Positions 8,980 through 17,294 of a DNA stretch of 49,389 nt are shown piece by piece. A program made the position numbers and the translations under genes. Below the pieces are notes generated by a model. The model worked only from the letters and a program-made list of their open reading frames with translations. It had not been told where the DNA came from and searched no databases. Each line of letters opens with the position of its first letter. Position 1 is the first letter of the stretch. The DNA lies in NCBI GenBank assembly GCA_002840305.1, contig PHAI01000001.1, forward strand, positions 178,074-227,462, given 5' to 3'. This DNA is from Candidatus Falkowbacteria bacterium HGW-Falkowbacteria-1 (GTDB lineage Bacteria; Patescibacteriota; Patescibacteriia; Patescibacteriales; UBA12465).

Positions 8980-9615
8980 ATGCACGATTTACAAAAGAAA
9001 ATAGTTAGCATATCCTTAAATAAAGATCTTTCAAAATTAACGTTACGCGACATTGGTGAATTAATAGGAATTGGTAGAGACAACCCTCAGAAGACTAAGC
9101 ATCATTTGCAACAGTTAGTAAAGAGAGGTGTTTTTAAGAATGAAGGTGGAAAATATAAGAAAATAAATGTAAAGAATGATGATAAAAAAACAAGTCTGGT
9201 TTCCTTGCCTATTTATGGCTCGGCAAATTGTGGAGAAGCTATTTCTTTTGCCGATGATCATTTAGAGGGTTATTTAAAAGTTTCTCCCACTATTATTAAA
9301 AATAAAAAGAAAGTATTTGTAGTAAAGGCCAAGGGCAACTCTATGAATAAAGCCTTGATTGACGGAGAGAGTATTAATGATGGTGACTATGTTTTGATTG
9401 ATTCTGAAAAGAAAAACCCAGAAAACGGAGATTATGTTCTGTCTATTATTGATGGTCTTGCCAATATAAAGAGATTCAAAGAGGACAAGGGTAGGGGCAT
9501 GATTGTTTTGTTTTCGGAATCAAGCTCTAATTATGACCCCATTTATATACATAAAAACGATCGCGATTTTTATTCTGTAGCCGGAAAGGTATTGGGAGTC
9601 TTAAAAAATAGTTAA
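8980..9615 (+). CDS. lexA: LexA-family repressor / S24 peptidase
   Basis: N-terminal wHTH-like segment (LTLRDIGELIGI...HHLQQLVKRGV), linker LPIYGSANCGEA, S24 Ser in KGNSM and Lys in ANIKRF. Confidence 0.65.
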   Translation: MHDLQKKIVSISLNKDLSKLTLRDIGELIGIGRDNPQKTKHHLQQLVKRGVFKNEGGKYKKINVKNDDKKTSLVSLPIYGSANCGEAISFADDHLEGYLKVSPTIIKNKKKVFVVKAKGNSMNKALIDGESINDGDYVLIDSEKKNPENGDYVLSIIDGLANIKRFKEDKGRGMIVLFSESSSNYDPIYIHKNDRDFYSVAGKVLGVLKNS

Positions 9616-9640
9616 TTTTTTAAAGCTTAGATTTATATAA

Positions 9641-9665
9641 AAAGAGCCTTTTGGCTCTTTTTTTG
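9641..9665 (+). terminator. rho-independent terminator
   Basis: AAAGAGCC-TTTT-GGCTCTTT hairpin followed by a T-run. Confidence 0.65.
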
Positions 9666-9750
9666 TTTTGTTTGTCCTTTTTTTATTTTTATGTTATTAT
9701 TTATATGTAAAACAGCCTAATTTTTTTTAAAGATTTTTAATATAATTTTT

Positions 9751-9987
9751 ATGAGTGAAGACGATAAAAAAATAAAAAGAAAACAAGTATTGTCAGAACT
9801 TAGATCTGAGGAAGAGACGGAAAATCAGCTGATTTGGCTTTACCAAACTTTAATTGATTTGGGGATTGAGAATTGTTTTAGCGAGGATCATCGAGCCTTT
9901 TTTAGTGATGGAATGAAAACCTTGAGAGATGAGTCAAAGGCCCATAAAATTTTAATAAACAGTGTTATTGCCAAATATGGCTTTTAA
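9751..9987 (+). CDS. small two-helix protein with E...ExxH pattern (half-ferritin-like, putative)
   Basis: 78 aa. The acidic helix SEEETENQLIWLY is followed by DESKAH (ExxH). Confidence 0.4.
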   Translation: MSEDDKKIKRKQVLSELRSEEETENQLIWLYQTLIDLGIENCFSEDHRAFFSDGMKTLRDESKAHKILINSVIAKYGF

Positions 9988-10013
9988 GAATAAAAAGTAA
10001 TTTTGTAAAATAT

Positions 10014-10241
10014 ATGAATTTTGATAAATGTTCCATGAGCCAAGAGGGGATACTTCTCAATCTGCAGAAAGGCCTGGACAGTGAAGTTAGGGCCAGAGAT
10101 TTATGTCAAGAACTTTTAAGTGTTATGGACGATGAAAATGATAAAAAAATTATTGATAAAATATTGAAAGATGAGGAGCGACATATAAAAATTACTGAAG
10201 AATTAATAGTTGTTGCCAAAGCTTTTTACGCTAACAACTAA
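10014..10241 (+). CDS. small two-helix protein with E...ExxH pattern (rubrerythrin/ferritin-like half, putative)
   Basis: 75 aa. NLQKGLDSEVRARDL...ILKDEERHIKITEELI resembles one helix pair of a diiron four-helix bundle. Confidence 0.4.
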   Translation: MNFDKCSMSQEGILLNLQKGLDSEVRARDLCQELLSVMDDENDKKIIDKILKDEERHIKITEELIVVAKAFYANN

Positions 10242-10266
10242 TTTTTGATTATTCCTCATTTGCCTT

Positions 10267-10668
10267 ATGAATTCAAAGCCAAAAAAAATTCTAATAGTTG
10301 AAGATGAAAGGCCATTGTCTAGGGCCTTGGAGTTGAAGTTGTCAAATATAGGTTTTAAAACTAGGGTTGCTTATGACGGCGAAGAAGCTTTAGATTTTAT
10401 AAAAAAAGATAAGTTCGATCTTATGTTGCTTGACTTGGTTGTGCCAAATATTAGTGGCTTTGATGTTTTGTTGAGATTAAGACAATCAAAGAATAAAATA
10501 CCAATAATAATTACTTCTAATTTGGGTCAAGGTGACGATTTAAAGAAGGCTCAAGAGCTGGGAACTTTAAAATACTTCATTAAGTCGGACGTTGGTATTG
10601 CCGAAATCGTTAACTATGTTAAGGATTTTCTGGATAATAATTTAAAAAACGATAAGGATAAAAAATAA
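10267..10668 (+). CDS. single-domain CheY-like response regulator heading the pilus genes
   Basis: ILIVEDE, MLLDLVVP, ITSN, FIKS. No output domain. Confidence 0.85.
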   Translation: MNSKPKKILIVEDERPLSRALELKLSNIGFKTRVAYDGEEALDFIKKDKFDLMLLDLVVPNISGFDVLLRLRQSKNKIPIIITSNLGQGDDLKKAQELGTLKYFIKSDVGIAEIVNYVKDFLDNNLKNDKDKK

Positions 10669-10674
10669 AAATAT

Positions 10675-12318
10675 ATGTTTTTAGATGAAGATAAAATAAA
10701 GGATATACTTTTGTCTGAGAGTTATATTACTAAATTAGACTTACAGAAGGCTGAGAAATTTTTGAATGGAGCCGGGTCAGTAATCGATTATTTTTTGGAT
10801 CACGGAGTTTTAACTAAAAAATTATTAGGACAGGCAATAGCCGAATTCGATGGTGTGTCTTATTTTGATTTGAGAAACAATCTACCTTCTTATGAACAAA
10901 TTTTGAAATTTCCCGAAGAAGTTGCTAGGGAATACCGCTTGGTTTTCACCAGAGAAGATGGTGAAAAAATGTTTTTTACTTCCGATGATCCTAAAAATTC
11001 CAAAAATATATTTTTGAGCATGGGGGAGCTTTTTCCAGTAGAGAATGTTTCTATTTCTTATTCTTTGCCAGAAGATATAGACTTCGCTTTGGATTATTTT
11101 TACAAGAAGCCACTCAAGACAAGATTTAGTGATATTATTAAAGGTGGAAAAAAAGTAGCTCAAGAAATAACAACCGAAATATTTAAAGATGCTTTGGCTT
11201 ACAATTCTTCTGATATTCATTTTGAACCACAGGGAAATGAAACGGTTATTCGTTTTAGAGTTGACGGTGTTTTACAAGAAGCTGGAAGAATTTCCAATGA
11301 GTACTATAGTAATATTTTAAATTTTGTAAAGGTACAAAGCGGACTGAGAATAGACGAACATTATTCTGCGCAGGACGGTTCTATGAGTTACAAAATAGGC
11401 AAACAAGAAGTAGATATGCGTATTTCTATTTTACCGGTGGTTAGTGGAGAAAAAATAGTTATTCGTCTTTTGGCTAAGTATATAAAAGGATTTGGTCTGC
11501 ACGAAATTGGATTAGAGAAAAAAGATAGAGATTTAATGAGACGGGAAATACAAAGACCTTTTGGTATGATTCTTACAACTGGCCCGACTGGAAGTGGAAA
11601 AACGACCACTCTTTATGCCTTGATAAAGTTATTAAATAATCCGAGGGTTAATATAACAACTTTAGAAGATCCAATAGAATATAGAATTAAAAATATAAAT
11701 CAGATTCAGGTCAATGTGGCTACCAATTTAACCTTTTTAAAGGGACTCCGAACCATTGTTAGACAGGACCCCGATGTTATTATGGTTGGGGAAATTAGAG
11801 ACGAAGAAACTGCCGAAATGGCTGTTAACGCCTCTCTTACTGGCCATTTACTTTTGTCAACTTTTCACGCCAATGATTCTGCTACCACTATTGCTCGTCT
11901 CTTGGATATGGGAGTAGAGCCGTTTTTATTGGCGTCTACGCTTAGAGTCGTTGTGGCCCAAAGACTAGTCAGAAGATTATGTGAAAAATGTCGTTACAGT
12001 GTTACAATTTCCAAAGAAGATTTAAAAAAAGAACATCCCGAGATTGCTAAGTACCTTAAGAGAGAGGACAATGTCTTTTATCAATCACATGGTTGTGAAT
12101 CTTGTGGCTATACTGGCTACACTGGTAGAAATGCTATTTTTGAAATTATTTTAAACACTCCGGAGATGCAAGATTTAATATTGTCTAGGCCATCAGCTAA
12201 ACAAATTTGGGAATTAGCGCAAAAACAAGGGTCAGGATCTTTGTTTGCCGATGGTATGCAAAAAGTAAAAGCGGGTATAACATCTATTGAAGACTTGCTT
12301 AGAGTCGCCCTTCCTTAA
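10675..12318 (+). CDS. pilB: type IV pilus / T2SS-family assembly ATPase (PilB/GspE family), copy 1
   Basis: N-terminal GspE_N-like domain, Walker A GPTGSGKTT, Asp box LEDPIEY, Walker B DPDVIMVGEIRD, His box STFHAND, and tetracysteine CEKC...CESC. Confidence 0.85.
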   Translation: MFLDEDKIKDILLSESYITKLDLQKAEKFLNGAGSVIDYFLDHGVLTKKLLGQAIAEFDGVSYFDLRNNLPSYEQILKFPEEVAREYRLVFTREDGEKMFFTSDDPKNSKNIFLSMGELFPVENVSISYSLPEDIDFALDYFYKKPLKTRFSDIIKGGKKVAQEITTEIFKDALAYNSSDIHFEPQGNETVIRFRVDGVLQEAGRISNEYYSNILNFVKVQSGLRIDEHYSAQDGSMSYKIGKQEVDMRISILPVVSGEKIVIRLLAKYIKGFGLHEIGLEKKDRDLMRREIQRPFGMILTTGPTGSGKTTTLYALIKLLNNPRVNITTLEDPIEYRIKNINQIQVNVATNLTFLKGLRTIVRQDPDVIMVGEIRDEETAEMAVNASLTGHLLLSTFHANDSATTIARLLDMGVEPFLLASTLRVVVAQRLVRRLCEKCRYSVTISKEDLKKEHPEIAKYLKREDNVFYQSHGCESCGYTGYTGRNAIFEIILNTPEMQDLILSRPSAKQIWELAQKQGSGSLFADGMQKVKAGITSIEDLLRVALP

Positions 12319-12335
12319 TATTTATTTATAAAATT

Positions 12336-13397
12336 ATGAAACTATCAGAAATGGGGCTTAGCTCTAAAAAGGGGTATCTTATAGAAAATTTGGCCACATT
12401 AGTTGATGCTGGTATAAATATTTCAGAATCATTGTTTATTATTTCGTCTGGGGTTAAAAATAAGGCTTTTAAATCCTTGATTGGTAGAATAAAAGAAGGC
12501 GTTGACGCCGGATTTTCCTTGTGTGAGTCATTCAAAAAAACTAACATTTTTTCTAATCGCGATATATCATTAATAATGATTGGCGAGAGTTCTGGTCGTT
12601 TAGCTGAAAATTTAAATATTTTGTCTTTGCAACATCAGAAAGAAAAATTTTTTAGATATAAAGTTTATTCTGCTTTGATGTATCCAGCGTTGGTTTTATT
12701 TATGATGCTTGTTATCGGTGTTGGTATGAGCTGGTTTTTGTTACCTAAGTTATCTGTCGTTTTTACGCAGTTGGATGCTAAATTACCATTTATAACCAGG
12801 GTGATGATTTCGGTTGGTAATTTTTTTGGGAGTTATGGAGCGATTTTTTTTCCAATATTTTTCACCTTGCTGTTTCTTTTCTTTTATTTTATTTTTGTAC
12901 ACAAGAAGACACAGCATATAGGTCAGTTGTTTTTATTTAATTTTTTTAGTACTAGAAAGCTAGTTTTAGAATCGGAGCTTTCCCGTTTCGGTTATATTTT
13001 AGGAACTCTTTTGAAGGCTGGTTTTTCTATAACTGAGTCTTTGAGACTTTTAAATCAAGCCAGTCCATTCTCTTTCTATAGAGATTTTTATTTATATTTA
13101 TCAGAGAGTATATCGGAGGGAATCTCTTTTAAAAATAGCTTCGATTCTTTTACAAAGTCAGAGAGACTCATTCCTGCTTCTGTCCAACAAATGATATTTG
13201 TTGGTGAAAAGTCTGGCAAACTTCCAGAGATGCTTTTAAAAATAGGAAGGAGCTACGAGGAAAAGCTTGATATTACTACCAAGAATTTATCAGCCGTGCT
13301 TGAACCGGTGCTTTTGATTACTGTTTGGATCGGCGTGGTGGTTTTGGCTTTGGCTATAATTTTGCCAGTTTATAGCTTGATAAGCAATATCAATTAG
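12336..13397 (+). CDS. pilC: type IV pilus platform protein (PilC/GspF family), copy 1
   Basis: Two GspF-like repeats with three TM regions (IGESSGRLAENL, VGEKSGKLPEML). Confidence 0.85.
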   Translation: MKLSEMGLSSKKGYLIENLATLVDAGINISESLFIISSGVKNKAFKSLIGRIKEGVDAGFSLCESFKKTNIFSNRDISLIMIGESSGRLAENLNILSLQHQKEKFFRYKVYSALMYPALVLFMMLVIGVGMSWFLLPKLSVVFTQLDAKLPFITRVMISVGNFFGSYGAIFFPIFFTLLFLFFYFIFVHKKTQHIGQLFLFNFFSTRKLVLESELSRFGYILGTLLKAGFSITESLRLLNQASPFSFYRDFYLYLSESISEGISFKNSFDSFTKSERLIPASVQQMIFVGEKSGKLPEMLLKIGRSYEEKLDITTKNLSAVLEPVLLITVWIGVVVLALAIILPVYSLISNIN

Positions 13398-13405
13398 TTT
13401 TTTTT

Positions 13406-13891
13406 ATGATTTTTTCAAAAAATAGCAGACATAAAGAAGGTTTGTTGCGTGAATCAAAAACTTTTTCACGTGGTTTCTCTTTGTTGGAGATTTTACTTAC
13501 AGTGTCTATTTTAGCTTTATTAGCCGGAGTTCTTTCACCGGTTTATTTTTCTATGCAGAGCAGGGACAGTTTAGAGGCGAAGACCGAGACTGTCGTTAGC
13601 TCACTCAGAAGGGCCCAGATTTTATCTATGACTGGCGAGAATGATTCTTCTTGGGGCTTAAAGATACTAGAGAATGAGGTTGTAGTTTTTGAAGGAAACG
13701 ATTATTTAACCAGAGACACAGTTTATGACGATATCATAAAAATTGATAGCAAAATAATAACTAGTGGTCTAGACGAAATTGTTTTTAATAAGATTGTTGG
13801 TGATACTAATGACACCGGTGTTGTTACTTTAAAGTCGACTACTCAAGAAAGAAATATTGATATAAACAAAAAGGGTATAGTAAATTATTAA
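13406..13891 (+). CDS. prepilin-type minor pilin (GspH/FimT-like)
   Basis: Class III signal SRG|FSLLEILLTVSILALLAG with E at +5. Confidence 0.75.
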   Translation: MIFSKNSRHKEGLLRESKTFSRGFSLLEILLTVSILALLAGVLSPVYFSMQSRDSLEAKTETVVSSLRRAQILSMTGENDSSWGLKILENEVVVFEGNDYLTRDTVYDDIIKIDSKIITSGLDEIVFNKIVGDTNDTGVVTLKSTTQERNIDINKKGIVNY

Positions 13892-13896
13892 TTTTT

Positions 13897-16155
13897 ATGT
13901 TTATAAAGAAAAAATTGAGAGCTTTTGGTGGTATAGAGATTCTTTTGGCTGGCTCAATAATGACATTGGTGATGGTTTCTTTGATGGGTCTTTTGTTCTA
14001 TGGCCAAGATTCAATTAAAAGAGAGAATTTATCATCTGGGGCATCTTTAGTGGCCAATGAAGGTTTGGAGGCCGTTTCTAGTATTCGAGACAGAAGCTTT
14101 TCTGATCTAGTGGATGGTCTTCATGGCTTGGTTTTTGTTGATGGGCAATGGGAGCTTTCTGGCGAAAGTGATGAGTCTAGTGGTTTTAATAGGGTTATTA
14201 CTATAAGCCCCATTTCAGAGAATATAAAAAAAGTTTCCGTTTCTGTGACATGGTCTAATGGTCCAGGTAAAACTGGCCGGGTTTTATTATATAAACATCT
14301 TAGTAATTGGTTTGAGCAACAAAATGTCGTAGTTATAACAGAGGCTGAGCAGTTATTAATAGATTCTTCCGGAGGTATTGTTAATGCTTCGAATAGAAAT
14401 CAGGTTATCGGAGTCAATCTTTCTAATCAAGGCCCTAATGATATAATTTCAATTAAAAAAATGACACCGATATGGAGCGGGGTTAATACCAATCGTAGAA
14501 TATCTTCTATAGCTATAGGAGGGGTAACAGTTTGGAGTGGGTCGGAAGTATCAGGAGTAGAGCTTACGTTAGACGCTCCCTTTGAACTTGATCTTTTGTC
14601 TGGCGAATATCCGCTTATTTTTAATTTTAGTAGGACAGTTGATGGTATAAGCTTGTATGCCAATTTTACTATGTTTGATGATTCACAAAAACAGGAGGGC
14701 ATGATTGCTGGTGTCGGCGCCGATTTAATTCCACCGGCCACTATAAATGATTTAAGTCCCATAGAAACAGACAATGAATCAGTAACTTTATCTTGGACGG
14801 CCCCTGGGGATGATGATAATGTTGGTCTAGCCTCTTATTATGAAATTAGATATTCTCAAGATAATATAACGGAAGCCAATTGGGATTCTGCTAGCATTTT
14901 TTCTGGAGTACCGTTACCTGAAATGGCAGGGACAGTTCAATCAATAAAAGTAGATGGTCTGTCCGTGGACACGGGGTATTATTTTGCTATAAAGACTACT
15001 GACGACAGTGAAAATGTTTCCGATATATCAAATATTGTTTACGATAGTACGACTGGATTAACTCAAGCCGAGAGGTTGCTGATTGATTCCTCGGGAGGCA
15101 TCGTTAATGCTTCGAATAGAAATCAGGTTATCGGAGTCAATCTTTCTAATCAAGGCCCTGGCCAGATAATTTCAATTAAAAAAATAAAGCCGACATGGAG
15201 TGGAATCAATACCAATCGTAGGATATCCTCTATAGTTATAGGAGGGACAACTGTTTGGAGCGGTTCGGAAGTGTCCGGAACGGAACTTACATTGAATGCA
15301 CCTTTCGATCTCGATCTTTCGTCTGGTGAATATCCGCTTATTTTTAATTTTAGTAGGACGGTTGATGGCATAAGTCTGTATGCTGGCTTTATCATGTTTG
15401 ATGATTCGCAAAAACAAGAGAGCATGATTTCTGGCACTGGAGCCGACTTAACCCCACCGGCCGATATAAGTAACTTAGGTCTTGTTACAAAAGATCATGA
15501 ATCAGTAACTTTGTCTTGGACGGCGCCCGGAGATGATGGTAGCACTGGCATGGCCTCTTATTATGAAATTAGGTATTCTCAAAGCAATATTACCGATCTT
15601 AATTGGGACTTAGCTAACGTTTTTTCTGGAGCGCCATTACCTGCAATGGCCGGAACGGCTCAATCAGTCAAAGTAAACGGTTTATCTCCCAATACTGGTT
15701 ATTATTTTGCCATAAAAACTACCGATGATAGTGAAAATACCTCTGGTTTGTCCAATATTTTTTATACAACCACTAATAGTCTGCCGCAATCTTCTTATTT
15801 ACAAATTAATATGAGCGGAGCGGTTATTGGTCCGTTGCCCTTAAGCAATGTAAACGTTTCTGGCATCATGTTAGACAACAATGGAGCCGCTAGTATAAGT
15901 ATAAAATCTATAAGTGGGTCATGGACAGGCAGCAGATTAAGAGAAATATTTATAAATGGAGTATCTATTTGGTCTGGCAATCTTAATTCTGGCGGAACTG
16001 CCACTTTTTCTACTCCTTATGTTTTAACCACTATCGGGGGACCATATAACTTGCGTTTAAGATTTCAGAGTAATTTTACTGGTCAAACAATAAATTATTT
16101 GGATTTTACTTTATTTGATAATTCGGTTAAAAGAAGTGGCAGTAAAAGTTTTTAA
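13897..16155 (+). CDS. large pilin-like protein with tandem duplicated module containing FN3-like domains (candidate pilus-associated adhesin)
   Basis: N-terminus KLRA|FGGIEILLAGSIMTLV (F+1, E+5). Two 241-aa repeats, each ending in an FN3-like segment (VTLSWTAPGDD...YYEIRYS...GYYFAIKTTDDSEN), plus a diverged third half-copy. Confidence 0.6.
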   Translation: MFIKKKLRAFGGIEILLAGSIMTLVMVSLMGLLFYGQDSIKRENLSSGASLVANEGLEAVSSIRDRSFSDLVDGLHGLVFVDGQWELSGESDESSGFNRVITISPISENIKKVSVSVTWSNGPGKTGRVLLYKHLSNWFEQQNVVVITEAEQLLIDSSGGIVNASNRNQVIGVNLSNQGPNDIISIKKMTPIWSGVNTNRRISSIAIGGVTVWSGSEVSGVELTLDAPFELDLLSGEYPLIFNFSRTVDGISLYANFTMFDDSQKQEGMIAGVGADLIPPATINDLSPIETDNESVTLSWTAPGDDDNVGLASYYEIRYSQDNITEANWDSASIFSGVPLPEMAGTVQSIKVDGLSVDTGYYFAIKTTDDSENVSDISNIVYDSTTGLTQAERLLIDSSGGIVNASNRNQVIGVNLSNQGPGQIISIKKIKPTWSGINTNRRISSIVIGGTTVWSGSEVSGTELTLNAPFDLDLSSGEYPLIFNFSRTVDGISLYAGFIMFDDSQKQESMISGTGADLTPPADISNLGLVTKDHESVTLSWTAPGDDGSTGMASYYEIRYSQSNITDLNWDLANVFSGAPLPAMAGTAQSVKVNGLSPNTGYYFAIKTTDDSENTSGLSNIFYTTTNSLPQSSYLQINMSGAVIGPLPLSNVNVSGIMLDNNGAASISIKSISGSWTGSRLREIFINGVSIWSGNLNSGGTATFSTPYVLTTIGGPYNLRLRFQSNFTGQTINYLDFTLFDNSVKRSGSKSF
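14341..15786 (+). repeat. 2 x 723-nt in-frame tandem duplication inside CDS 13897-16155
   Basis: Copy 1 spans 14341-15063 and copy 2 spans 15064-15786. A 57-nt block is identical between them (14380-14436 = 15103-15159). Confidence 0.9.
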
Positions 16156-16159
16156 CTTT

Positions 16160-16675
16160 ATGAATTTATTTTGTTTTAAAAAGAATAGATCGGCCATGAC
16201 TTTAATAGAACTCTTGCTTTATGTTAGCTTGCTTGTTTTTATTTTTTCAGCCCTTTTTTCTACCTTAAGTATTTTCTACAGCAATAAAATTAAAAATAGG
16301 ACTATATTAGAGGTTGAGCAACAGGGACTGATTGCATCTTTGATACTTAGCCAAGAGATAAGAAATGCTCAATCTATAAACTCCCCTTCAGCCGGAAATT
16401 CTTTGGCGAGCTTGTCTTTAGAGCCTTTTGATCCGAGCAGGAATCCTCTTTTATTTTCTTTAATAGCTGACAAAATTGTGATTGATGAAGCTGGAGACCA
16501 AAGCAATCTGAGTTCTGATAATGTAGTAATTAGTAATTTAAATTTTGAAAACAATTCAGCCGGGGAGACTTCAAGTATTAAATTTAGTTTTGATGTTTCT
16601 TACAATTCAGATAGCTTAAGGCAAGAATATAAATATGATAAAAATTTTTCAGGTACCGCCAACTTACTTAAATAA
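16160..16675 (+). CDS. prepilin-type minor pilin
   Basis: KKNRSA|MTLIELLLYVSLLVF with E at +5. I prefer the ATG at 16160 over the ORF-track start at 16115, which overlaps the upstream gene. Confidence 0.7.
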   Translation: MNLFCFKKNRSAMTLIELLLYVSLLVFIFSALFSTLSIFYSNKIKNRTILEVEQQGLIASLILSQEIRNAQSINSPSAGNSLASLSLEPFDPSRNPLLFSLIADKIVIDEAGDQSNLSSDNVVISNLNFENNSAGETSSIKFSFDVSYNSDSLRQEYKYDKNFSGTANLLK

Positions 16676-17078
16676 AAATATTTTAAATTTCAAAAGATCG
16701 GCCTTCGTGGCAATGATAAGTGTTTTAATTGTTAGTGTTGTCGTTTTGTCGATTTCGGTGACTATCGTTTTTGTTAATATTAATGCCATTAAGAATAGTT
16801 TATCGATAAGAAATTCTGATCAAGCCAGGATGTTGGCCGAGTCTTGCTCGGAATATGCTCTAGAAGAAATAGTTCTTGATTCTGATTTTTCTGGCGGTGA
16901 TAGCGTTGTTTTTGATGATGGTGAGTGTAGTTATAACGTTATTGTCGGAGCGGGAGAAGAGAGAACAATAGAATTGTTAGGACAAGTTAAAAACAGTACA
17001 AGAAGGGAAAAGATAGAGATAGATTCACTAAACCCGGATATAAATATTGTTTCTTGGCAAGAAGTCGCTAGTTTCTAA
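16635..17078 (+). CDS. PilX-like minor pilin / pilus-associated protein (putative)
   Basis: KRSAFVAMISVLIVSVVVLSISV resembles the PilX N-terminal hydrophobic segment. Start is uncertain; the ORF overlaps the upstream gene by 41 nt. Confidence 0.45.
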   Translation: MIKIFQVPPTYLNKNILNFKRSAFVAMISVLIVSVVVLSISVTIVFVNINAIKNSLSIRNSDQARMLAESCSEYALEEIVLDSDFSGGDSVVFDDGECSYNVIVGAGEERTIELLGQVKNSTRREKIEIDSLNPDINIVSWQEVASF

Positions 17079-17139
17079 AAGGGCATGTTTGTAATGCTTT
17101 TTGTATATATCATTTTATATAATAAAGAAATATCAAAAT

Positions 17140-17168
17140 TTGGTGTTTTTTAAATTTCGTGCTATATT
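17140..17168 (+). promoter_or_regulatory. candidate promoter upstream of the major pilin candidate
   Basis: TTGGTG (17140-17145), 17-nt spacer, TGcTATATT (-10 at 17163-17168), within a 216-nt AT-rich gap. Confidence 0.3.
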
Positions 17169-17294
17169 ATTTGTAATAATAAAGGTCGAGTATATTTATT
17201 ATTTTTTTAAATATTTTAAAGAATAAAAATTAATTTAATGATTTTTTATAATTTTGTTTTTTTGAAAACGATTTATAAAAGCTCAACAAAAGTC

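Noticed and set aside
8509-10241. Prophage remnant or defence island (GIY-YIG + S24 repressor + small ORFs)
   Set aside because: There are no integrase, structural, replication or recognisable defence genes and no flanking direct repeats. The block is only about 1.7 kb and the small ORFs appear to belong to the pilus operon.
14341-15786. Diversity-generating retroelement (TR/VR pair) as the explanation for the two similar 723-nt segments
   Set aside because: The copies are in-frame tandem protein modules rather than a non-coding template plus a C-terminal variable region. Differences are not confined to adenine positions by eye, and no reverse transcriptase is nearby.
16115-16159. 5' extensions proposed by the ORF track: 16115, 17238, 19944, 33997 (TTG), 36869 (TTG), 41077 (TTG), 2098 (TTG), 43789 (TTG)
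   Set aside because: Each extension overlaps the upstream gene, a predicted promoter or AT-rich spacer. An in-frame ATG gives the canonical N-terminus instead: prepilin leader, [10 protein letters not shown] of DnaK, or a lipoprotein signal.
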